Below, piece by piece: positions 20,901 through 29,875 of a stretch of DNA of 64,000 bases. The position numbers and the translations under genes are program-made. Location of the stretch: NCBI GenBank assembly GCA_902478715.1, contig CABSMC010000002.1, positions 4,313-68,312 of the forward strand. Direction: 5' to 3'. The DNA comes from an uncultured Adlercreutzia sp. (lineage in GTDB: Bacteria > Actinomycetota > Coriobacteriia > Coriobacteriales > Eggerthellaceae). The notes beneath the pieces were generated by a model. The model ran no database searches and was not told the origin of the DNA. It saw nothing but the letters and a program-made list of their open reading frames with translations. How positions within the stretch are numbered: position 1 is the stretch's first letter; every line of letters begins with the position of its first letter.

Positions 20901-22190
20901 TGTTGCCGTCTTGAGCGTTCGAGATATAGAAGATCTCGTTCTCGTTCATGCGGTTGATGCCGTCCTGATAGGAAGGGCTTTCCTCATCGGGAATATTGGG
21001 GTCGTTAGAGCTGCCCACCAGATTGATGAAGTACTTCTGCTCGGCACCTTGGTAATACTGAGTAGTCTTCAGGGCATCGAAAGCAGAAGCCTCGTAGCTC
21101 ATTTCAAGATCGGTATACACAATAGCCGAGAAGGCGCTGCAGCCGTGGGATGAGTAGCCAACCCACGGGCCGAAGCCGTTAAGTGTCTCGCCACTGTAGA
21201 ATTGCGGGAGCGACACGTTCCGAAGTGCGGTATGAAGTTCAGACAAATTGCCGGAAGCATCATAAGACTGCGTCTGCACCGTCACCGAATCTTGCTTCAG
21301 TTCTACCGTAAGGCGAAGCTTCTTTTGTGCCCCCAAGCTTACGCTTGCGGCTGAATTTGCTACATTACTTCCACCCGTGAAAGCGTCGGTTAGAGAGTCA
21401 GCCGCCACGCCGTTGATCTTCTTAATCACCATATTGCCAGTGCCGCCGGCAGCATCGGATGCCGAGAAATACAGGAGGTACCCGTACACCTTGCCGCCAA
21501 TGAGAGCGGTGTTCATGAAGAAGCCGAAACCAGTCAGAGTATGCGTGTTGATGACATTGGCATCAATGTTGAAGCTGAACGAGCGAGTCGAGCTGCTTGT
21601 GGCTGGGTAAATCATCCAGTCGGAATAGGCTGGGTTACCGTAGCCCGCAAAAGCCATGTTGGTCGAGTTGTTCTCGCCAGACTGATACACATAAACGTGA
21701 TTGTTGAACGTAAGACACGAGGTGTTGGTGAATTTGTTCGTCGTCTTGTTAACGTAGTCTGCGATATTGTAATTACCCACCGTCATCGAGGAAGCACTCG
21801 CTTGGCGGAATGGCTGCTTGAGCTTTTGGTCTGCCGAAAGGTTAAGCGCATTGTATGATGCCTGATCTTTGTAATGGCTGTACACATACCAACCATCAAG
21901 ATTGCTCGTGTCGATAGACACAGCCGTGTTGGTAATACGGAAGGCCGAAGGATCCATGCCTTGGTCGATGAGCTTCTGCGTAAGCTCTTCCTTAAAGTCC
22001 AGGAACGTTCCCGGATAGTCGGAGGGCACGCTTACCGCGATGTCCACCTTCGGGGTGGGGTTGGCGCCGACGTCGACGGCGTGAGCCTGGCTAGCGCCAA
22101 GCGTCAGAGAGGAGAACCCCCCCCCAGGACAAGAAGCACGCTTAGGAAACAAGCGAGAACGCCCTTGCCCTTTCTTTTCGCAATGTGCAT
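14965..22190 (-). CDS. ~2400-aa cell-wall-anchored surface protein (InlB-B/Flg_new-type repeats, Ig-like repeats, DxDGDG repeats, LSQTG sorting signal); signal peptide frameshifted at a G9 tract
   Basis: FDANGG..PTKPGYIFQGW and FDSAGG..PSRTGYDFAGW repeats; ~16 DTDGDGKPD-like repeats; LSQTG plus hydrophobic helix plus RRTRRAK tail; ATG 22190 gives a classical signal peptide only if the G tract is 7 or 10 long. Confidence 0.85.
15240..15930 (-). repeat. Coding tandem repeats encoding DxDGDGxPD (predicted Ca2+-binding) and PDPVDPK units
   Basis: Repeated tcgggcttgccgtcgccgtcggtgtc on the + strand. Confidence 0.9.
22117..22125 (-). repeat. G9 homopolymer within the signal-peptide coding region
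   Basis: Nine C on the + strand at 22117-22125. Confidence 0.9.
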
Positions 22191-22572
22191 TTTCTACCAC
22201 CAATCCTCAAGACTGTTGATACACGACTGACCGACTAATAATTCGCCTTTTATTTCAAAATGTCAACAGAATGGCTTATGAATGGCAACTTTTGATAGGG
22301 CATCGTGTCAACATGACAGGGTATCGACAGCCGAAAAAGCAGATTAAGCGCCCAGTGCACGCAGAGGAATGACGTAGATTCCCTCTTCAGCTTGGTAAGC
22401 GTACTCGCCCGTACCCGTCAGAACCGCCGCGAATTCGGGCGGTCGGGTGCGAGCATGGGGGTTGCGCATCACCTTCTCGCGCACGCGCTTCACCGGGCGT
22501 TTCTGGCAGCCACTTTGTAAAATCCGAAGATCTCACTTTGCATTTTCCGGATTTTGCTTCGAGCGGGACGCG

Positions 22573-23877
22573 TCAAATACCCAGGGTGTCCAGCGTGGCA
22601 ACCTGCACGCCATCATCACGCTTGGTCGCTATACCACCCACACCTACAACAACAAGCAAGGCACTGGGGGACCGATAGCCTGCGCGTTCCAGTTTGTCTT
22701 TCACGGCAAGAAGGTTCTTTGCGGCCGCATCCACCTGGGAGGCACCAAGCTTGATTTCAACGGGCACCCAGGAGCCATCGGCCGCTTCCAGAACGAGATC
22801 CGCCTCGAGGTCTTTATCGTCGTGGTAGTGCCTGACCTGGGTCCCCATTGCTCCAGCATAGGCAATGAGGTCGTGAGCCACTAGCGACTCGAACAGAAAG
22901 CCGAGCGTCTCAAGATCCTGGATCAGGGCCTCAACGGACACCCCCAGCGAGGCGGCTGCCAGGGACGGGTCAGCGAGGTGCCTTTTGACGGCCGATCTAA
23001 TACGGACGGATGACCGTACGGAAGGTGCCCAGGGAAGAATGTCTTGAACAAAGTAGAGGCGCCGCAGGGCGTCCAGATACTCGTTGAGCGTGGGCGCCGT
23101 CAGCGCCTCCTCTGTAGCCCCAGGATCCCTTGCGTCCCTCATTAGTGTTTTGTTGCTCGCCAGCGTGGACTCATTGCGCGCAAGGGAGGCAATGAGCTTC
23201 CTTACCTTGTCCTTGTCGCGCTCGACGCCATCAACCTCGTGAATGTCTTCCTCGATGACGGCCTGAAGGTAGCCTCTCGCAATACGCGCGGCCGCATCCG
23301 GAGGCAAGTCAATCGCGGCGGGCCAACCACCTTTGACAACGAGCGAGGCCACATCCTTCAGCGACAGCCCCGAAACCCCCTTCCCGACCTCCCCCTTGAA
23401 AAGGCCGCGAACCGACACAGCGCCCGAGGATCGCCCCATCTCCTGCTGAGTCATGGTGCCCATGGGAATGCGCGCCATACGACCAGCGCCGCTGTGTTTC
23501 GGCTGCTCCTTACCGGACGTCTTGCGCTTTTTCGGCGAAGAGGAGCCCGTCAGTATGAACTGGCCGCGATCGGGTGCCTTGTCGCACTCGTAGCGGACGG
23601 CGTCCCAGAGCTTCGGGACGTCCTGCCACTCGTCAATCAGACGCGGCCGCGGCCCTTCGAGAGCCAGCGCCGGGTCGAGCTCCGCAATGCGACGGGCTTG
23701 AAAATCATTATGGGGATCGGCCATGCTCGTTTCCGAAAGAGCATGACTTTTCGCGGTCGTGGTCTTGCCGCACCACTTGGGGCCCTCGATGACAACAGCA
23801 CCGAAAACCTTCATGAGCTCACTGATCTCCTCATCTGCAATGCGAGGAATATAGTTGGCTATTTCCAAAGTTTTCAC
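22573..23877 (-). CDS. AAA_14 ATPase plus DUF4143 protein
   Basis: GPKWCGKTT, LIDEWQ, FILTGS, KRHLADPSL, GFLFES, EADLV..VEIK nuclease-like C-terminus. Confidence 0.88.
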   Translation of the reverse strand: MKTLEIANYIPRIADEEISELMKVFGAVVIEGPKWCGKTTTAKSHALSETSMADPHNDFQARRIAELDPALALEGPRPRLIDEWQDVPKLWDAVRYECDKAPDRGQFILTGSSSPKKRKTSGKEQPKHSGAGRMARIPMGTMTQQEMGRSSGAVSVRGLFKGEVGKGVSGLSLKDVASLVVKGGWPAAIDLPPDAAARIARGYLQAVIEEDIHEVDGVERDKDKVRKLIASLARNESTLASNKTLMRDARDPGATEEALTAPTLNEYLDALRRLYFVQDILPWAPSVRSSVRIRSAVKRHLADPSLAAASLGVSVEALIQDLETLGFLFESLVAHDLIAYAGAMGTQVRHYHDDKDLEADLVLEAADGSWVPVEIKLGASQVDAAAKNLLAVKDKLERAGYRSPSALLVVVGVGGIATKRDDGVQVATLDTLGI

Positions 23878-23895
23878 GATGCCTCCGATCAGGCT

Positions 23896-23980
23896 ATTTT
23901 AACTTTTTCGACGATTTCATTTTAACATTTTCGACAACTTCATTTTAACTTTTTCGATGGTTTCATTTTAACTTTTTCGC
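23896..23980. repeat. AT-rich 23-bp tandem repeat (x3.7) upstream of the AAA/DUF4143 gene
   Basis: ATTTTAAC(T/A)TTTTCG units starting at 23896, 23919, 23942, 23965. Confidence 0.9.
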
Positions 23981-24360
23981 AAGCCGGGAGCAGCAGGGAG
24001 CACAGCGCGCGGCGGAAAAGCAACAAGTGGCAAAAACAGGTTCCCGGCGAAGGAATTTCGGGGGTGCGCGCGGTACCAAACTAGCCGTTTTGCCAGAAGG
24101 TGGGGGTGCGGGAGGGCGCGCGGTACCAACCCTGTCGTTTTGCCCAAACTCTGGCGCATTATTTCCGCGGCCGGGCCATCCGGCAAGACCAATCGAACAA
24201 AATTGTCACTGTGGCAATTAAGTAAAATGGTTGGTCGATGAGGTGCGTGCATAGGTTTTATGGCAAAATAAGCTGCTGTGCTACTGAACGCTGCACTGAA
24301 AGCGCAGCGCAACCACACAAGAAGAACGCAGCTTAAACACGCAAGAACAAGGAGAAGCAC

Positions 24361-25230
24361 ATGGGACTCCTCTCAAAATTCGAGGGCAAGATGGAAGACA
24401 CCGTGGAAGGCGCTGCCGATCGCATGGGCGCGGCCCCGTTGTCTCCCGTGCAGATTGCCAAGAAGGCCGAGAAGCAGATGCGCCGCGAGAAGATGGTCGG
24501 CGCAGGCAAGCAGTACGCTCCCACGCTTTATACCGTGCTCGTCAACGCCGACGATGACCGCCGCCTTCTGGGCTACTACCCCACCCTGGCTGGCGAGACC
24601 GAAACCTACCTTTCCGCCAAAGCCGCCGAGCAGGGCCTCGTCATGGACGGCCAGCCCCTCGTGCGCTTCATCGTGGACGACGACCTGCGCCACGGCAAGT
24701 TCGACGTTATTGCCGAAATGGTGGCCTCCCCCCTAGTTGAGCAGCTGCGTCAGGAAGAGTACGCCCGCTACGGCATCCGTCCCGGCGGCGGTCCGGCCCG
24801 CGCGGCCGCCCCGCAAGCGGGCTACGGCTACCAGCAGCCCGCTCCCGCTCCGGCGCCAGCACCCGCACCCGCCGGCGGCTACGACTACCAGGCCGCGCCC
24901 GTCGACGAGTACGTGGAAGACGACTACTACGAGGACGACGAGCCTCGCCAAGCCTATATCTATGACATCACCAACGACCGCGCCTTCACGCTGCCCGGCC
25001 AGGCCGAGACCATCGGGCGCGAGTCGAAGAACGACATCGTCATCCCCGACATCAACGTCTCGCGCGTACACGCGGAAATCCGCCAGGACGAGTCCGGCGC
25101 CTGGATTCTCACCGACCTCGGCTCCACCAACGGCACCTTCGTGAACGGGCGCCAGATCAAATCCACCGCGTTGCACGACGCCGACCGCATCATCGTGGGC
25201 ACCACCAACCTCGAGTTCCAGCTCATCTAG
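24361..25230 (+). CDS. fhaA: FhaA-like protein (DUF3662 plus FHA)
   Basis: N-terminal DUF3662-like domain, Pro/Ala/Tyr linker, IGR..VSRVHA..STNGTFVNG. Confidence 0.88.
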   Translation: MGLLSKFEGKMEDTVEGAADRMGAAPLSPVQIAKKAEKQMRREKMVGAGKQYAPTLYTVLVNADDDRRLLGYYPTLAGETETYLSAKAAEQGLVMDGQPLVRFIVDDDLRHGKFDVIAEMVASPLVEQLRQEEYARYGIRPGGGPARAAAPQAGYGYQQPAPAPAPAPAPAGGYDYQAAPVDEYVEDDYYEDDEPRQAYIYDITNDRAFTLPGQAETIGRESKNDIVIPDINVSRVHAEIRQDESGAWILTDLGSTNGTFVNGRQIKSTALHDADRIIVGTTNLEFQLI

Positions 25231-25266
25231 CCCGCCCGCACCTTAGCGAGCCAAAGGAGGCTATCG

Positions 25267-25680
25267 GTGATCGATCTCGTTCTGCTCATCGCGCGCCTGT
25301 TGTTCGTGGCGCTGCTCTATTTGTTTCTGTTCGCCATCATGCGCACCGGCATCGGCATGGTCAAAGGTTCCCGCAAGAAGGAACGCGGCTGGACGGTGTC
25401 GGTGGAACGCGGCCCCAAAGAGCTGCGCGGCGTCTCCATCGCCGTGCACGGGCCCGTCATCGTGGGCCGCTCGCCCGGGGCCGACATCGTCATCGGCGCC
25501 GGCTACGTGTCCGGCCGTCATGCCCGCTTCCAGCTGATGGGCCAGAACCTCTTCGTGGAAGATTTGGGTTCGAAGAACGGCACCGCCGTGAACGGACGCC
25601 CCGTCCATGACCCGGTAGCCCTGCGCAACAAGGACCTCGTCACCATCGGCGACGTCGACATCCGCGTGAGGAACCAATAA
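25267..25680 (+). CDS. fhaB: FhaB-like membrane-anchored FHA protein
   Basis: N-terminal TM; VGR..VSGRHA..SKNGT. Confidence 0.85.
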   Translation: MIDLVLLIARLLFVALLYLFLFAIMRTGIGMVKGSRKKERGWTVSVERGPKELRGVSIAVHGPVIVGRSPGADIVIGAGYVSGRHARFQLMGQNLFVEDLGSKNGTAVNGRPVHDPVALRNKDLVTIGDVDIRVRNQ

Positions 25681-27017
25681 TGGCCCGGGCAAAGCGCAAG
25701 AAGAGCGGCGCAACTTTCGGCAGTCGCACCGATGTCGGCTGCGTGCGCGAGCATAACGAGGATTCGCTGGCCGTCGCCCCGCCGCTGTACGTGGTATGCG
25801 ACGGCATGGGCGGCCACGCCGCCGGGGAAGTGGCGTCCGAAATCGCCGTGGACGTCATCTGCGACCGCGCACCGGCACACCCCGATGCCTCGGCGCTCGG
25901 CCAGGCCGTGGAAGAGGCGAACCTCGCCATCATCCGCGCCGCCCGCGAGGGCGTCGGCCGCGCCGGCATGGGCTGCACCTGCACCGCCGCCATGCTTGAG
26001 AAGGACAAGCTCGTCATCGCCCAGGTGGGCGACTCGCGGGCCTACCTTCTGCACAAGGGGCAGATGCAGCAGCTCACCCGCGACCACTCGCTTGTGGCCG
26101 ACCTTATCGAGGCCGGGCAAATTACCGAGGCCGAGGCCCGCGTTCATCCCCAGCGCTCGGTCATCACCCGCGCTTTGGGCAGCGACCCGCGCACCCAGCC
26201 CGACTTGTTCGAAATCACCGTGGAAGCCGGCGACCGCCTGCTTCTGTGCTCCGACGGGCTTTCCACGATGTTGGAAGATGACCAGATCGCCAAGATCCTC
26301 GCCAGCCACAGCGAGCCCCAGCGCTGCGCGGCCCAGCTGGTGAACGAGGCCGTTGGCCGGGGCGGCTACGACAACGTCACCGTCATCGTCGTGGACGTCA
26401 CGGGTCTGGCCGAGCAGCACCGCCGCAAGCTGACGCGCAAGAGCCGCGCGACGGCCATCATGCTGGCGCTTTTGCTGGTGGCCATCATCGCCGGTTGCGC
26501 CTATGGGTTCAACTATCTGGCGTCCAACGCCGCCTATCTGGTGGCTCAGGATGGGAAAGTCGCCGTGTACCAGGGCGTTCCAGGCGACATCTTCGGATTC
26601 TCGTTCAATCACCTCGACCGCGTGACCGACGTGGCGTTAGACGACTTGCAGCCGGGCACCGCCAATCGCCTGAGCGAGGAGGGCATCAAGGTGGATTCTT
26701 TGGAAGCCGCCAACAGCCTCGTCGCGGAATACGAGAAGGAGATCGCCGACCGCAAGGCTGCTGAAGAGGAAGCGGCCCGGGCTGCGGCCGAGGCCAACCA
26801 GCCTGAGGAACCCGCGAAGGGTGCGAAAGGTGCTGGCGGCAGCACGGCCAGCGGCGCGCAGGGCGGCACGGACGCACAAGGCACGACGGGCGGCTCGCAA
26901 AGTGCGTCGCCTTCATCGGGCGCTGGCTCCGGCACGAGCGACGCGAGCTCCGGCAACACAGGCGCTGGCACGAGCCGCGACGCACAAGGCGGCGCTGCGG
27001 GAGGAACCAACCGATGA
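25680..27017 (+). CDS. pstP: PP2C Ser/Thr phosphatase with TM and extracellular domain
   Basis: REHNED, CDGMGGH, VGDSR, CSDGL, GGYDNVT. Confidence 0.9.
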   Translation: MARAKRKKSGATFGSRTDVGCVREHNEDSLAVAPPLYVVCDGMGGHAAGEVASEIAVDVICDRAPAHPDASALGQAVEEANLAIIRAAREGVGRAGMGCTCTAAMLEKDKLVIAQVGDSRAYLLHKGQMQQLTRDHSLVADLIEAGQITEAEARVHPQRSVITRALGSDPRTQPDLFEITVEAGDRLLLCSDGLSTMLEDDQIAKILASHSEPQRCAAQLVNEAVGRGGYDNVTVIVVDVTGLAEQHRRKLTRKSRATAIMLALLLVAIIAGCAYGFNYLASNAAYLVAQDGKVAVYQGVPGDIFGFSFNHLDRVTDVALDDLQPGTANRLSEEGIKVDSLEAANSLVAEYEKEIADRKAAEEEAARAAAEANQPEEPAKGAKGAGGSTASGAQGGTDAQGTTGGSQSASPSSGAGSGTSDASSGNTGAGTSRDAQGGAAGGTNR

Positions 27018-29797
27018 CCCGGCGCAACATAGAGCTGATGCTCCTGCTCATCGCCTCGCCCATCGTCATCGTGCTCTTCGCCATGATGGTGGTCACCGGC
27101 GGCCAGGAGCTGTCCTTCAACACCCTGGGCGTGCCGCTCGGCATCTTCGCCGCGTTCCTCGTGGCCCACATTGCCGTACGTCTGCTCGCGCCCGCAGCCG
27201 ACCCAGCTATTCTGCCCATTTCGTTCGCGCTGTCGGGCATCGGTATCGCGTTTGTGACCCGCATTGTGCCCGATTTGGCCGTAAACCAGCTGCTGTGGCT
27301 GTTTATCGGCATCGCGGCCATGATTGCGACGCTGGCTGTCGTGCGCAATCTGGACAAGCTCGCCAACTACAAGTACACGCTTATGATCGTGGGCATCTTG
27401 CTGCTGCTCTCGCCCATGCTGCCGGTCATCGGCTACGAGTCCGGCGGCGGCCAACTGTGGCTGCGCTTCGGCAGCTTCAGCTTCCAGCCCGGCGAGCTGG
27501 CCAAGATCCTCATCGTGTTCTTCATCGCCGCCTACCTGGCCGCCAACCGCGAGATGCTCTCGGTGTTCACGTGGAAGGTGGGGCCGCTGTGGCTGCCGAG
27601 CCTCGCCACCCTGCTCCCGCTCATCGTCATGTGGGCGCTCGCCTTCATCGTCGTCGTGTTGGAGAAGGACCTCGGCCTCGCGCTCGTGCTGTTCTCCGTG
27701 TTCGTCATCATGCTGTATGTGGCCACGGGGAAGAAGCTCTACCTGGTAGTCTCCATCGGGCTTGCGGCCATTGCGGCCGTGGCCCTTTACGGCATGATGG
27801 GCCACGTGCAGACCCGCGTCGCCATCTGGCAGGATCCCTTCGCCGAGGCTCAGGGCGGCGGCTTCCAGCTGGTGCAGAGCCTCTATTCCATCGCCGACGG
27901 CGACCTGTTCGGCACCGGCATCGGCCGGGGCATGGGCGGCGAGCCGGTGGCGCAAGGCGGCATTCCCGTCGCCGAGAGCGACTTCATCTTCCCCGTCATC
28001 GCCGAGGAGACGGGCCTGCTCGGCGCGGCCGGCGTGCTGCTGCTGTATTTGTGCTTCGCCATTCGCGGCATCGTCACGGCGGCCCGGGCGAAATCCGACG
28101 TCAGCTCGTTCACCGCCGTGGGCCTCACCTCCATCATCGTGCTGCAGGCGTTTATCATCGTCGGCGGTGTCACACGTCTCATTCCCCTCACCGGCATCAC
28201 ACTGCCCTTCATCAGCCAGGGCGGCTCGTCGCTCATCGCCAGCTTCATCATCGTCGGCTGCCTGCTGCGCTGCGGCGACGAGGGCACCGGCGTCGATTCC
28301 GAAATGCGCCAGACCGGGGCCATCGGCGCCCACGGGTCGGACGCCGTGCTGGGACGCGTGGCGTTGGGCAAGCGACTCACCGGCACCATGATCGTCTTCT
28401 CGGTGCTGTTCGCAGTGCTCGTGGCCAACCTCACCTACCTCATGGTCATCAAGGCGCCGGAATACCAGAGCATGCCGTCGAACAACCACACCATCGCGAA
28501 AGAGGCCCGCATGGAGCGGGGCACCATCTCCACCGCCGACGGTACCGTGCTGGCCACATCGGTGCGCCAAGAGGACGGCTCCTATAAGCGCGAATACCCC
28601 GCCGGCGAGCTGGCGGCGCACATCGTGGGCTACACCTCCGAGCGCTTCGGGACCGCCGGCATCGAGGCCGCCTACAACGATACCCTGCGCGGCGAGCAGA
28701 ACTTCGCCAGCTTCACCGATGTGGTGAACTCGCTCGCGGGCATCCAGACCAAGGGCAACGACGTCGTGCTTTCCATCGATTCCCGCATCCAGCAGGCGGC
28801 CCAGAACGCGCTGGCCGGCCAGGTGGGCGCCGTGGTGGCCCTGAACCCCGAGACCGGCGCCGTGTACGCGCTGGCCTCCTCCCCCACCTTCGACGCCGCC
28901 AACTACGAGGAACTGCTCACGGCGGCTGCGGAAGGCGGTAGCGACTCCTCCGAGCTGTTCAACCGCGCCACCCAGGCACTGTACGCGCCCGGCTCCACCT
29001 TCAAAATGGTGACCTTGGCCGCCGCGCTGCAGGATCACATCGCCACGGCGGACACCACCTACGACTCCCCCGGCGAGATGGACATCGGCAACGCGCCCGT
29101 GACCAACGTGAAAAAGCGCTCCTACGGCAAGATCACCCTGGAACAGGCCATGTGGTACTCGTCGAACACCGTGTTCGGCCAGGTGGGCGTGCAGCTCGGC
29201 AGCGATTTGCTCGTGCAGATGGCGTGCAGCTTCGGGTTCAACGAGGACATCCCCTTCGACTTGCCCCTGGCCACGTCCCTCATGCCCGACCCCGAGGAAA
29301 TGACCACCTGGGAAACGGCCTGGGCCGCCTGCGGCGAGCCCGTGGGCGAGCACGAGAGCCCCGCCGGTCCCCAGGCCACCGTGCTGCAGATGGCGCTGGT
29401 GGGCGCCGCCATCGCCAACGAGGGCGCCATCATGCAGCCCTACCTGGTCGACGGCATCTACAACGCCAACGGCGAGCGCAGCTTCTCGCCCATTCCCGTG
29501 AAGCTCAAGCAGGCCATGGACGCCAACACCGCCGCCGCTGAGATCGACATCATGAAGGGCGTCGTCACCGAAGGCACCGGCGGCAAGGCGGCACTGGACG
29601 ACGTGGCCGTGGCCGGCAAGACCGGCACCCACGAGCGCGGCGATGGCAGCGACGACAGCTGGTTCGTGGGAATGGCCCCCGCTGCCGACCCCAAGGTCGT
29701 GGTGGCCGTCGTCATCGAGAAGGGCGAATCGGGGGCTGGCGCTAGCGCCGCCCACGACGTTCTGGAAACGGCTCTCGAAGTGACGGGGGCGCTGTAG
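27014..29797 (+). CDS. Fused SEDS glycosyltransferase (RodA/FtsW) and class B penicillin-binding transpeptidase
   Basis: FQPGELAK, EKDLG, ESDFIF, TGITLPFISQGGS, then STFK, SSN and KTG motifs in one frame. Confidence 0.92.
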   Translation: MTRRNIELMLLLIASPIVIVLFAMMVVTGGQELSFNTLGVPLGIFAAFLVAHIAVRLLAPAADPAILPISFALSGIGIAFVTRIVPDLAVNQLLWLFIGIAAMIATLAVVRNLDKLANYKYTLMIVGILLLLSPMLPVIGYESGGGQLWLRFGSFSFQPGELAKILIVFFIAAYLAANREMLSVFTWKVGPLWLPSLATLLPLIVMWALAFIVVVLEKDLGLALVLFSVFVIMLYVATGKKLYLVVSIGLAAIAAVALYGMMGHVQTRVAIWQDPFAEAQGGGFQLVQSLYSIADGDLFGTGIGRGMGGEPVAQGGIPVAESDFIFPVIAEETGLLGAAGVLLLYLCFAIRGIVTAARAKSDVSSFTAVGLTSIIVLQAFIIVGGVTRLIPLTGITLPFISQGGSSLIASFIIVGCLLRCGDEGTGVDSEMRQTGAIGAHGSDAVLGRVALGKRLTGTMIVFSVLFAVLVANLTYLMVIKAPEYQSMPSNNHTIAKEARMERGTISTADGTVLATSVRQEDGSYKREYPAGELAAHIVGYTSERFGTAGIEAAYNDTLRGEQNFASFTDVVNSLAGIQTKGNDVVLSIDSRIQQAAQNALAGQVGAVVALNPETGAVYALASSPTFDAANYEELLTAAAEGGSDSSELFNRATQALYAPGSTFKMVTLAAALQDHIATADTTYDSPGEMDIGNAPVTNVKKRSYGKITLEQAMWYSSNTVFGQVGVQLGSDLLVQMACSFGFNEDIPFDLPLATSLMPDPEEMTTWETAWAACGEPVGEHESPAGPQATVLQMALVGAAIANEGAIMQPYLVDGIYNANGERSFSPIPVKLKQAMDANTAAAEIDIMKGVVTEGTGGKAALDDVAVAGKTGTHERGDGSDDSWFVGMAPAADPKVVVAVVIEKGESGAGASAAHDVLETALEVTGAL

Positions 29798-29875
29798 TAC
29801 AATGGCAAGACTCACGAGAGTTCGCATACTTAAACCGCAAACGCACTCGCACATGGAACTTTAAGGAGTATCAAG

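Noticed and set aside
18013..21153. 1046-aa + strand ORF and other long antisense ORFs (14866-16659, 26609-29854, 34545-36434, 38755-40518, 47263-49710)
   Set aside because: Shadow frames opposite well-supported genes in high-GC DNA, with no recognisable motifs
23896..23980. Possible CRISPR array (also considered for 55412-55512)
   Set aside because: Periods of 23 and 41 bp are too short, spacers resemble each other, and no cas genes are in the window
24066..24145. Two imperfect copies of GCGCGCGGTACCAA..CGTTTTGCC
   Set aside because: Only two degenerate copies with no interpretable context
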